The notes: generated by a model not told the origin, from the sequence alone. A stretch of DNA of 14,010 nt from Octopus sinensis (GCF_006345805.1 NW_021825989.1:1-14010); one strand, 5' to 3'; numbered from the stretch's first letter, positions 1-10,059 are shown. Program-made: numbers and translations.

Positions 1-353
1 TATTTTTTTTGTAGTAAAGAATATCCAGCAGTATATGACAGCAAAACAATTGTCAAGAAAAACTTCGCCAATACAGAAGAAAACAAATAGCAAACGAAAG
101 GAAATGACATGCACCACTGCTTCCCAGTTTTGTCACAATTTCTCCTATACCCCTCCCTCCCTCTCTCTCTTCCTCTCTAAACCCACGCCATATTATATTT
201 GATTCGTAATCTTTTAAGCGGCCAAATGCAGCTTGTTCCTGGGGAAGCAGCAACATCGAAAACAACTTTTTTTTCTTCTCATTGATTACAGTTTCGATTT
301 ACGTTGCCTGTTTTTCTATATACATGTCTTTCTTCTTCGCATAATAACACTTG

Positions 354-360
354 TATATAT

Positions 361-392
<32 letters not shown>
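354..392. repeat. (TA)n microsatellite
   Basis: Near-pure TA dinucleotide run. Confidence 0.95.
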
Positions 393-393
<1 letters not shown>

Positions 394-485
394 TTGCACG
401 GTTATTTGAATAACTATGCACGCGTACAACTATTTTGTAGATACGCATCCATTATAGACTGTGTGTGCAAGGATAATTACAAAGT

Positions 486-524
<39 letters not shown>

Positions 525-584
525 TATATTATATATATATATACATTTACACATATACTCGCATATATATATGTATATATATAT

Positions 585-618
<34 letters not shown>

Positions 619-683
619 CAAACATATACTGAATGCACACACGTGACACAATACTTATATTTACACACACACACACACACACA
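486..683. repeat. Compound (TA)n/(CA)n microsatellite
   Basis: Interrupted TA runs followed by a CA run; source of the spurious IYIY/HTHT ORFs. Confidence 0.95.
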
Positions 684-699
684 TGTACATAATATAGAA

Positions 700-1519
700 A
701 CACGTATGTATTGCAGAAGTTTCGAGACTTTTTAGATTGTCGTAATTTTTGTATATTATTACAAAACATCCAATAAGCTGACCTGCCACCTTTTCTCATT
801 CCAGATTCAAGGAGACGGCGGTGACAGCCCTACTAAGCACTGCCTTTCTCCGCCGACCAGCTTGCAGAATGCACTCGGGACGGGGAGACAGTATGGAAGC
901 TCGTTTTACAATAACGTTTTGTGTTGAACCTGGCAAAAACGCTACAGAAACGTGTGAAATGCTCCAGACTTCTTATGAAGTAACTTGTATGAGCCGAGCA
1001 GAAGAGGCAAAGTAAGTCCATCGGGAATTTCATCATTATATCCTTTTGGGGCTGCAAGGACATCATATACATTCACCGTGCTCCCTCTTTTCAGACGGTC
1101 AACAAAGAGTACTTTGTGAAGGCTTTTGAGGGAACTCGGGAAGCGATAGAGATTTCGTCGCAAGAATCCAGAACACCAGCACCAATCCACGATTCCATCC
1201 CGGTAACCAGAAATAGGCAAATCGACAGCAGATATAAGCATCGACACTATCACTCACCCACTCTATCGTCCCGACCTTGCTCCCTGTGAATTTAGGCTGT
1301 TTCCCAAGCCGTAGAAGAAGTTGAAAGAGTCTGTGGCTTGGCTTTGGAACTCCTTTACTTTGGAGGACTTCTGTGCAGCCTTCACAAAATGGTTGGAGCA
1401 CCATAACAACTGCATTGTAGTCAGACGATTCTATTTTGAAGGAAATTAGAGATTTGTGCCCTGAAATTAATAACTGTCTTTCTTTTAAAAGTGTCAAAAC
1501 TTCTGGAATGTATTCTGTA
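700..1519 (+). mobile_element. Internally deleted, degenerate mariner (Tc1/mariner) element with both TIRs
   Basis: Left end ATGTATTGCAGAAGTTTCGAGACTTTT (706-732) matches the reverse complement of the right end AAAAGTGTCAAAACTTCTGGAATGTAT (1487-1513) at 22/27 positions. The right end finishes in TA (1518-1519). Transposase remnants lie between the TIRs. Confidence 0.85.
893..1449 (+). pseudogene. Mariner transposase pseudogene (deletion, frameshifts, stops)
   Basis: N-terminal MEARFTITFCVEPGKNATETCEMLQTSY resembles the mariner HTH1 (EQRxxIKFCxxLGKxATET). Later frames give FQTVNKEYF, THPLYRPDLAPCEFRLFPK (decayed HPPYSPDLAPCDF motif) and C-terminal EDFCAAFTKWLEHHNNCIVVRRFYFEGN*. A large deletion lies near 1000. 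Confidence 0.88.
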
Positions 1520-1552
1520 CATTATGTGAATTAATGACATATCAATAGCGTT

Positions 1553-1900
1553 TATTGAGTTGTCTGGAAAGTTCGTGCCCATTTTTAAAGGAAAGAAAAA
1601 GGTTAATAAATACTTGCCATTACATTTTTAATCAACCAAATATGAACCATTTTGTTGCACAATGCATCTCCATCTTTGCTTTAACTTGAAAATACCCTCT
1701 TCCCAGAATTGAGGTGGTTTCATGGCAAAGAATTCATCAAGGTATCTTTGTACGTCATCCAAGGAATTGAAATTTTTACCATTAAGACTATTCTGCAGAG
1801 ACCTGAATAAGTGGAAATCTGAAGGAGCAATATCTGGTGAATATGGAGGGTGGGGTAACAGATCCCAGCCGAGCTGCAGTAATTTTTGTCTGGTTCCCAA
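1553..1900 (-). mobile_element. Mariner element 3' fragment (mellifera/cecropia-like transposase C-terminus plus right TIR)
   Basis: ORF 1628-1915 encodes TRQKLLQLGWDLLPHPPYSPDIAPSDFHLFRSLQNSLNGKNF...RWRCIVQQNGSYLVD*, including the YSPDxAPSD catalytic motif. TA plus a TIR-like TTGAGTTGTCTGGAAAGTTCGTGCC starts at 1553. Homology is lost near 1900. Confidence 0.92.
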
Positions 1901-2414
1901 AGCTTCAAGTGCCAAAAATGAACTTTCTTATCTTCCATTTTAAAGGATTACAGAATTGACACAGGTTATAGGAACATAAATCTTCTTCCACGAAAAGATA
2001 GCTTAAACTGTACTCTAAATGGAGGTGTAGTCAAATCCTATTTTATGGACTCAACCATGTTCTAAAATAAGTCGAAAGGTAAGATACTATAAAACGGCAC
2101 GAACATTCCGAACAACCCTATAGTTTTTACAGTAAAGTATACTGTGAGATATACGTACAGATTTTAATCATCACTACGTTTGCAAATCAAATGAATTTAC
2201 TAGATACATTGGATAAACGTAAACGTCTGTCATGTTTATCAAATCTAACAGTGGACATAAACAGACCGACTGGTTGACGCAGTTCTATTTATCCTTATCG
2301 TTTCACCAGCAATTGATTACTTTACATTTAATTGTTACCACGAAATTGTATTTATAGATAACTGCTACGTTTATAAGTAAATCAGGTAGACTAATTCGGC
2401 TTTAGTTTTGTTAT

Positions 2415-2502
2415 ATACATATATACATTAATATATAGATATAGATGTATATTATATATATATTATATATATATATATATATTATATATAGATATATATA
2501 TA

Positions 2503-2537
<35 letters not shown>

Positions 2538-2542
2538 TGATA

Positions 2543-2583
<41 letters not shown>

Positions 2584-2702
2584 AAGTATATATAGATATA
2601 TGTAATATATATATATATATGTTATGTAATATATATATATATGTATGATATATATATAGTATATATATATATATTATGTATAATATATGTATATATTATA
2701 TG

Positions 2703-2752
<50 letters not shown>

Positions 2753-2857
2753 TTAGTATTTATGTATATATATGATATATATAATGTATATATATATGTA
2801 TATATATATATATGTATATATATTGTATATATGTATGTATATATATATTATATATGC

Positions 2858-2921
<64 letters not shown>

Positions 2922-2950
2922 TATATATTATATATATATATAATTATATA
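2415..2950. repeat. Long degenerate (TA)n tract of about 535 bp
   Basis: Almost entirely alternating T/A with scattered G substitutions. Confidence 0.95.
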
Positions 2951-3331
2951 TGGTCAGGGCAGCGGACTCGCGTCGTAGTAGGATCGTGGTTTCGATTCGC
3001 AGACCGGGCGTTTTGATTTGAGTGTTTATGAGCGAAAACACCTAAAGCTCCACGAGACTCCAGCATGGGGTGGTGGTGAACCCTGCTGTACTCTTTCACC
3101 ACAACTTTCTCTCACTCCTTCTTCCTGTTTCTGTTGTACCTGTATTTCAAAGGGCCAGTCTTGTCACACTCTGTGTCACGCTGAATCTCTCCCGAGAACT
3201 ATGTTAAGGGTACAAGTGTCTCTGGAGTGCTCAGCCAGTTGCACGTTAATTTCACGAGCAGGCTGTTCCGTTGATCGGATCATCTGGAACCCTCGTCGTC
3301 GTAACCGACGGAGTGCCAACAACAACAACAA
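2951..3331 (+). mobile_element. tRNA-derived SINE, family C, copy 1 (slightly 5'-clipped), (CAA)n tail
   Basis: Colinear with the minus-strand copies at 6054-6435 and 7574-7940. B-box-like GGTTTCGATTC; ends GGAACCCTCGTCGTCGTAACCGACGGAGTGC(CAA)n. Confidence 0.9.
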
Positions 3332-3344
3332 TGTGTATATATAT

Positions 3345-3480
3345 ATAATTAAATTAAAACGAGGATATACAATCCTCTTAAAGGGATGTTGGCATCCAAG
3401 TTCTCCAGTTTTATCCGGTGTATCAGTGAAAAACTAAAGATTTTAGTTTGGCATTGATGAATATGGGTACATTACAATTT
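3345..3480 (-). mobile_element. Possible Penelope-like terminal fragment
   Basis: The minus strand carries a TTGGATG-loop-CATCCCTT hairpin also present at 11141-11168 in the hammerhead-bearing element, and ends against a (TA)n run. Confidence 0.3.
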
Positions 3481-3483
3481 TTG

Positions 3484-3605
3484 TATGAGAATAAGAAAAT
3501 GGAGAAATTAATATATTGATATTAATTTATAAGAATATATTCAGTTGAATATGTTCTAATAAATTAATGTCTATATATTAATTTCTCCGTTTTCTTATTC
3601 TCATA
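3484..3605. repeat. 122-bp near-perfect palindrome (MITE-like or fold-back), TA at both ends
   Basis: TATGAGAATAAGAAAATGGAGAAATTAATATAT... folds on ...ATATATTAATTTCTCCGTTTTCTTATTCTCATA across the full length. Three arm mismatches are G-T wobbles and two are true mismatches. Confidence 0.9.
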
Positions 3606-4404
3606 TATATATATATGCGTGTTTGTGTATGTTTATATATTTATATGTACATGTGTGGAAAGAGAGAGAGAGGTAAAAGGGGAGAGAGAGATGGAGATAG
3701 AGGGACTGACAAGTAGACAGGGATAATACTGTCTTAATACTGTAAAAATAACTTTTATATCTTAAATTTTCGACTTCAAAAACCCTCTTCTAATGTTTAT
3801 TATTTACGTCATTCCTCGAAGGGGAATCGAGAAATATCTTGCTCTAACACCAGAAGTGGTGGTGGAATTCTCCGCCCCCAGCTGATTAAAATTTCAAATT
3901 CTAGTTGTTGCTTTTGTTTTTTTGTTTTGTTTTGTTTTTTGTTATTTTGATGCTACAAATGGAATATCAATGGAAATAGTTATCAAACTTCTAAAATTTC
4001 TGCAAAAAATAGCACTTGAAATTTAGATTAGCTGGCGAGCAAAAATCAGCCCCATCCTTACTTTTCAAACAGAAATTTTTCGGTTGCGCTTCGGGGACAG
4101 ACACAAATATTTGATTAAAATATTACGCTTTCGGAAACATTTTTTGAAGTTGAAAATTTGAGATGCAATGTAATTTGCTTATTTATCACGTTTAAGGCTT
4201 TCGCAAATATTTTTAACATTTTAAAAGCTACTATACTTCTCAAAATATAACATAAATAAATGATAGAAAATTTATGCACAAAAACTGTGTATTGGAAGTA
4301 TAAGGCTAACTTAATGTAGTCAGCCTACAGCTATGATAATTACGCTGTGGAAATTAACTTAATTAATGTCGTTATTCTTTCTGCACATGCAAAAGTACAG
4401 GAGA

Positions 4405-4785
4405 TTTTTTCTTTAATCTAGTTTCAGCTCAAAGCTGCGGCCATGCTGATGCACCGCCGTTTTGTGCTACACTGTTATTACTAAGAGCCTCCTCTAATAC
4501 GTGGCACTTGGTGAAGAATGGAGTTTGATATAGCTACCTTCATTTGCACCTCTTGCCGTGAGGTAGGTTCACCTGGGACTCTCGACAGGAAGAGGTCCAG
4601 CTTTGATTTTAAAATCTCTACATCTACTTTGTACAAGTTCCTCAGACTCTTTGAGAGAATATCAAAAAGCTGTGGGCCCTTGAAACCCAGGCTGTTGCAG
4701 TAACTGGTCCTGAAGCGTGATGGCACTGCTGAGATCTTTGGCACTATGCAGTGTCGTCCCTTTCTGGCATTGGTGTAGCTGTTCT
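4405..4785 (-). mobile_element. 5'-truncated CR1-superfamily LINE 3' end (ORF2 C-terminus plus 3'UTR)
   Basis: Minus-strand translation SYTNARKGRHCIVPKISAVPSRFRTSYCNSLGFKGPQLFDILSKSLRNLYKVDVEILKSKLDLFLSRVP matches the CR1-group ORF2 C-terminal pattern (NSxxxxGPxLFNxLPxxxxxxxxxxxFKxxLDxxL). A short 3'UTR follows with a stem-loop and A-rich end. Confidence 0.8.
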
Positions 4786-5063
4786 GGAATGTTTCATAGC
4801 TGATCTGTTATTCTTTAGGGGATAAATATTTCTCCTTCTCCTACATACGAAGGGAAGCTGATAGCAATCGCTATTTAAATTCAGTTAAACCTAGTTGAAC
4901 GATAAGATGAATTTAGACTTTGTACATTTGAGAACATTTTTAATCCATATATGTGCTGAAATGAGGAAACTATAGGGCGCCGCACTCAGCAGTGTCGTCA
5001 CGTCAACAGCAAGACACTAACAGGGATCACAAACAGTTAATATGAGTATCAGTTATATGAGTA

Positions 5064-5300
5064 TCAGTTGTTAGTTGTCGGAGCATTGCATCCTTCAAAA
5101 CTTCCATGCTTCCTGAGATTCGCCAACACTACACCTGATTTTCTCCCCTCCATACACACGCAAGCATGTATCTTACTCATACACTGTTCGCTTTCCAGAC
5201 ATTTGTACATTACTGCATATGCTTTATACTCACTTTTGACAAGTTGTGGTGTACCGGAGCACTGTATACGATAATTTCATTATTATTATTATTATTATTA
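5064..5300 (+). mobile_element. LINE (CR1/L2-type) extreme 3' fragment with (ATT)n tail
   Basis: 5064-5138 reads SVVSCRSIASFKTSMLPEIRQHYT*, resembling the LPxxVVxxxxxxSFKxxL RT C-terminus. A pyrimidine-rich 3'UTR and (ATT)n tail (about 5278-5300) follow. Confidence 0.55.
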
Positions 5301-5580
5301 AAGTCGAAAGCAAATATCATGAACTCATAGTGCGATAAAAAAATCGTAATGCAACAACAAAAATTATCAACAATACTGACAACAACGACAATGATAACAT
5401 CTGGGACGTTTCGTTAACGAGAGATCGAGAAACTAGAGGGTGATTAACATAGTCCGTTACTCAAATAATACCAACTATATTCTCTAACAACGATTAGACA
5501 TCAACCAATCAAACCAAAAGATGAAATAACAAATGAACTTGGAGAAAACTTATTAAGCAATAAACTATTTACTTCATATG

Positions 5581-5978
5581 TATATTTCTTTATTGCCCAC
5601 AAGGGGCTAAACACAGAGGGGACAAACAAGGAGAGACAAACAGTTTAAGTCGATTACATCAAACCCCAGTGCGTAACTGGTACTTAATTTATCAACCCCG
5701 AAAGGATGAAAGGCAAAGTCGACCTCGGTGGTATTTGAATCAGAACCTAGCAACGGGCGAAATACCTATTTCTTTACTACCCACAAGGGGCTAAACACAG
5801 AGAGGACAAACAAGGACAGACAAACGGATTAAGTCGATAATATCGACCCCAGTGCGTAACTGGTACTTATTTAATCGACCCCGAAAGAATGAAAGGCAAA
5901 GTCGACCTCGGCAGAATTTGAACTCAGAACGTAATGACAGACGAAATACCGCGCTAACGTGACTGCCAGCTCGCCGCC
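5581..5978 (-). mobile_element. tRNA-derived SINE, family A, dimer (head plus 2 body units) with TSD
   Basis: Head GGCGGCGAGCTGGCAG at 5978; body units 5766-5949 and 5581-5765. A 15-bp direct repeat CTATTTACTTCATAT flanks it at 5565-5579 and 5986-6000. Confidence 0.93.
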
Positions 5979-6053
5979 TTATAAGCTATTTACTTCATAT
6001 AATCCATTACCCATGTTCGTATCGGCCGACTTTCGAATACTACTTGTAATGGA

Positions 6054-6435
6054 AGCACTCCGTCGGTTACGACGACGAGGGTTCCGGTTGATCCGAATCA
6101 ACGGAACAGCCTGCTCGTGAAATTAACGTGTAAGTGGCTGAGCACTCCACAGACACCTGTACCCTTAACGTAGTTCTCGGGGATATTCAGCGTGACACAG
6201 AGAGTGACAAGGCCGGCCCTTTGAAATACAGGTACAACAGAAACAGGAAGTAAGAGTGAGAGAAAGTTGTGGTGAAAGAGTACAGCAGGGATCACCACCA
6301 TCCCCTGCCGGAGCCTCGTGGAGCTTTTAGGTGTTTTCGCTCAATAAACACTCACAACGCCCGGTCTGGGAATCGAAACCGCGATCCAACGACCGCGAGT
6401 CCGCTGCCCTAGCCACTGGGCCATTGCGCCTCCAC
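6054..6435 (-). mobile_element. tRNA-derived SINE, family C, copy 2 (full length) with TSD
   Basis: Head GTGGAGGCGCAATGGCCCAGTGG (A-box-like) and GGTTTCGATTCCC (B-box-like). An 11-bp direct repeat ACTACTTGTAA lies at 6039-6049 and 6434-6444. Confidence 0.93.
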
Positions 6436-6760
6436 TACTTGTAAACGAGCCGATGAAGCAGCATCAGGTTGATTCGGTTTTCTGTCTTAACAAACTAATG
6501 ACGCGTTCGACCAAATCAATCTTCTTCAAATAAAAAAAAGGGATAAATGAATCAAATAAAAATTTCACTGTTCATTCCAAGGTTAAGAGGGAGCTGTGAG
6601 ATTTTAATCGGAAGCATAACAAATAGCACTGAAAAATGTCGCGTGAAAGACTTTACATCGCCACAAATTAGTAAACCGCATCCGACGGATATCTGGCAAT
6701 GTATATGAATGGTGAGCTGTTGGTCCTTCAGTCCTGTTAATAAAACAGAAATGGTATAAA

Positions 6761-7357
6761 GGCGGCGAGCTGGCAGAAACGTTAGCACGCCGGGCGAAAT
6801 GCTTAGCCGTATTTCGTCTGCGTTACGCTGTGAGTTCAAATTCCGCCGAGGTCGACTTTGCCTTTCATCCTTTCGGGGTCGATAAATTAAGTACCAGTTA
6901 CGAACTGGGGTCGATGTAATCGACTTAATACCTATGTCTGTCCTTGTTTGTCCCCCTGTTGTTTAGCCCCTTGTGGGTAATAAAGAAATAGGTATTTCGT
7001 CTGCGTTACGTTGTGAGTTCAAATTCCGCCGAGGTCGACTTTGCCTCTCATCCTTTTGGGGTCGATTAAATAAGTACCAGTTACGCACTGGGGTAAATGT
7101 AATCGACTTAATACCTATGTCTGTCCTTGTTTGTCCCATCTGTGTTTAGCCCCTTGTGGGTAATAAAGAAATAGGTATTTCGTCTGCGTTACGTTGTGAG
7201 TTCAAATTCCGCCGAGGTCGACTTTGCCTTTCATCCTTTCGGGGTCGATAAATTAAGTACCAGTTACGAACTGGGGTCGATGTAATCGACTTAATACCTA
7301 TGTCTGTCCTTGTTTGTTCCCTCTGTGTTTAGCCCTTTGTGGGTAATAAAGAAATAG
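6761..7357 (+). mobile_element. tRNA-derived SINE, family A, trimer (head plus 3 x 183-bp body units)
   Basis: Head at 6761; units start with GTATTTCG at 6809, 6992 and 7175 (period 183). Each has the B-box GAGTTCAAATTCC and a GCCTTTCATCCTTTCGGGGTCGATAAATTAAGTACCAG core resembling, from memory, the Sauria/MetaSINE-type central domain. Confidence 0.95.
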
Positions 7358-7573
7358 GTATAAATGGTCACAGAATACATTTCTATTTTATATACATGAT
7401 TTGCAGCAACAATTTTATCCAAGGAACGACAATATTCTCGATTAAAATTGGGGGCTAAAATAATCATGTTTTAAGACGAAGACAAGGTTCGAACTTAAGA
7501 TAACAGATTATCAAAGCACAGCCAACCCCGTAAATATAAATGAAATAGCACAAAATAACACACCGAAATATTG

Positions 7574-7940
7574 TGGCATTCCATCGGTTACGACGACGAG
7601 GGTTCCAGTTGATCCGATCAAAGGAACAGACTGCTCTTGAAATTAACGTGCAAGTGGCTGAGCACTCCGCAGACACGTGTATCCTTAACGTACTTCTCGG
7701 GGAGATTCAGCGTGACAAGGCTTGGCCTTTGAAATACAAGTACAACAGAAACAAGAAGAAAGAGTGAAATTTGTGGTGAAAGAATAAAGCAGGGTTCGCT
7801 ACCACCCCCTGCCGGAGCCTCGTGATGCTTTTAGGTGTTTTCGCTCAATAAAAACTCACAACGCCCGGTCTGAGAATCGAAACCGCAATCCCACGATCGT
7901 GAATTCACCTCCCCTAACCTCTGGGCCATTGCGCCTCTAC
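7574..7940 (-). mobile_element. tRNA-derived SINE, family C, copy 3
   Basis: Colinear with the other two family C copies. Degenerate TSD ACACACCG(A/TA)A..ATATT starting at 7558 and 7939. Confidence 0.9.
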
Positions 7941-7983
7941 ACACCGTAACATATTATCTAAAAGAAAGCATATAACATAAAAC

Positions 7984-8148
7984 AGAAGAAGAAAAGGAAG
8001 AAAAAAAGAAGAAAAAGAAAAAGAAAAAGAAGAAAGGGAGAAAGAAGAAAAAGAGAAAGAAGGAAAAGAAAAAGAAGAAGAAGAAGAAGAAGAAGAAGAA
8101 GAAGAAGAAAAAGAAGAAGAAGAAGAAGAAAAAGAAGAAGAAGAAGGA

Positions 8149-8178
<30 letters not shown>
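7984..8178 (+). repeat. 195-bp uninterrupted polypurine (GAA)n-rich tract
   Basis: Only A and G on the + strand, with long pure GAA runs. Confidence 0.95.
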
Positions 8179-8179
<1 letters not shown>

Positions 8180-8589
8180 GTATAATCTAAGACGCAGAAA
8201 ATCATTAGGCCGTCTGAGACGTTATTATGAAGAAGGTGAGCCAAATACACTTTTAAGAAAGAGGACGGAAGATACAAAACTGACCATTTCTTCCAAAAAT
8301 TCTTTTCGAAACAACAATAATTTACTTGAAGTTTTTCTTGAGAATATTCTAAAAGTATTCCATGAAAAAGGTCACGGGTTCTTTTCGATCATCAAGGGAG
8401 CTACTGATTAAAGAAATAAGATTCCTCTGGAGAAATTTCGGCAAATATTATAAGTAGACATGATTGAAATTATATTGGGTTACCTCGACGTTCACCAGAA
8501 AGGAGCTTTTATCTCGGAACGCAGACATACGGCACACATACGGCACACAGGTCCATATGCACGTATACACACCTTGCACGTACAAATGT

Positions 8590-8920
8590 ACATGCATACC
8601 TATGAACACACACTCACGCACACACACACACACACAAAGACAGACACATACACATACACATACACACACACATACACACATATATATGGATATGTAAATA
8701 TATATTTTGTATATATAATATGAATGTATGTATGTATTGTATATATATATATATATATATATTATATACATATATATATACACACCATACACAAACACAC
8801 ACACATATATGGATATCGATACACAGACGCATATATATATATGTATTTGTATATGTATATATTTATCTGTGTGTATATATATCTGAATGTATGTATGCGT
8901 GTATATATATATATATATAT

Positions 8921-8964
<44 letters not shown>

Positions 8965-8999
8965 TATAGATATATACACTCAAACACACACCACCATAC

Positions 9000-9046
<47 letters not shown>

Positions 9047-9070
9047 TGTATGTATGTGCATACACACACA
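8590..9070. repeat. Compound (CA)n/(TA)n/(TATG)n low-complexity tract
   Basis: Interspersed dinucleotide runs. Confidence 0.9.
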
Positions 9071-9666
9071 CCGAAATTTGTACTTATTGACCTGCAGAAG
9101 AGATACACAGCGTACGCAAATCCTTGAGAACATGCAACCATACGCCTGTATGGATGCATACATTTATATATAGATTCAATCTTTAGAAGATACGTGAACA
9201 CACGCACTATTATACACATGTGCGAGATATTAAGAATATATATACGCGTGCGTGCACATGTATATGTGTAAGGAAGTTCGTGCTAAAATGTTTAAGTAGA
9301 ACACAGCTCTCCAGCCGTAACTCCATAAGCATGTATTAAATATGTACTTGCTGACCTTCGATTGAGTATGTGTGTCTACTTCTATGTAAATACATGAGTG
9401 TGTGTTATTGGCTGTGCACTTATTCACTTAAGGAAGAACTGTGCAATTGCGTATCAAGACGGAAGTGCGTGTAAATCAGTATGCAATTACGTTGGCATAG
9501 AAGCATACATTCATGCATGGAATCGATCATAGGTACTTATTTAAATAAATATATATGTGTACACACCGATATAAACTTGTATGCATGTACGTCTCTATGC
9601 ATATAAACGTATATATATATATATACCATTTATATATGTGTGTGTGTATGCATATATGTATATAAA

Positions 9667-9897
9667 GGCGGCGAGCTGGCAGAATAGTTAACACGCCGGG
9701 CGAAATGCTTAGTGATATTTCGTCGGCCGTTACGTTCTGAGTTCAAATTCCGCCGAGGTCGACTTTGTCTTTCATCCTTTCGGGGTCGATAAATTAAGTA
9801 CCAGTTACGCACTGGGGTCGATGTAATTGACCTAATCCGTTTGTCTGTCCTTGTTTGTCCCCTCTACGTTTAGCCCCCTGTGGGTAATAAGGAAATA
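9667..9897 (+). mobile_element. tRNA-derived SINE, family A, monomer
   Basis: Same head and a single body unit. Possible TSD CATATATGTAT at 9651-9661 and 9898-9908 (low complexity). Confidence 0.92.
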
Positions 9898-9903
9898 CAT
9901 ATA

Positions 9904-9941
<38 letters not shown>

Positions 9942-10059
9942 TATAAAAATCCCGAAGGCTGTAAATTACGGAGAAGAGCGACACGCATGGTTCCTTTTTA
10001 ATAATAACTATAATTAAATATTATTTACAATATACGCTTTTGACAATAACGTATATTGC

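Noticed and set aside
15-90. Possible terminal exon (KEYPAVYDSKTIVKKNFANTEENK*) after TTTTTTTTGTAG
   Set aside because: It is at the window edge, short, and matches no recognisable protein; chance occurrence is likely.
394-735. ORFs rich in IYIY/HTHT/VCVC (also 2687-3016, 8448-9219, 11133-11330, 13586-14009)
   Set aside because: They are translations of dinucleotide and trinucleotide microsatellites that lack stop codons by construction.
2031-2078. 48-nt open segment ending at a strong AAG|GTAAGA donor
   Set aside because: The acceptor is purine-rich with no polypyrimidine tract, and the peptide SNPILWTQPCSKISRK is unrecognised.
3402-3430. Hammerhead-like CTGATACACCGGATAAAACTGG on the minus strand
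   Set aside because: Both core segments are broken and stem I cannot be formed; too degenerate to call.
3930-4260. Possible non-autonomous DNA transposon interior
   Set aside because: I could not identify TIRs, a TSD or a second copy in the window.
6552-6733. Minus-strand exon candidate after TTCTGTTTTATTAACAG; also a YLAMYMNGEL FGF-like snippet on the plus strand
   Set aside because: There is no convincing donor or homology, and the FGF-like words are preceded by in-frame TAG TAA with no usable acceptor.
6761-6850. tRNA gene
   Set aside because: A and B boxes are present but I cannot form a complete cloverleaf, and it continues into a repeated SINE body. The same applies to the family B and C heads.
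6809-7357. Regular 183-bp repeats as a CRISPR array or satellite
   Set aside because: There are no unique spacers, the context is eukaryotic, and the units are SINE bodies behind a tRNA-like head.
8178-8411. 77-aa ORF after the GAA tract
   Set aside because: It starts at GTG, has no recognisable domain and lacks coherent splice signals.
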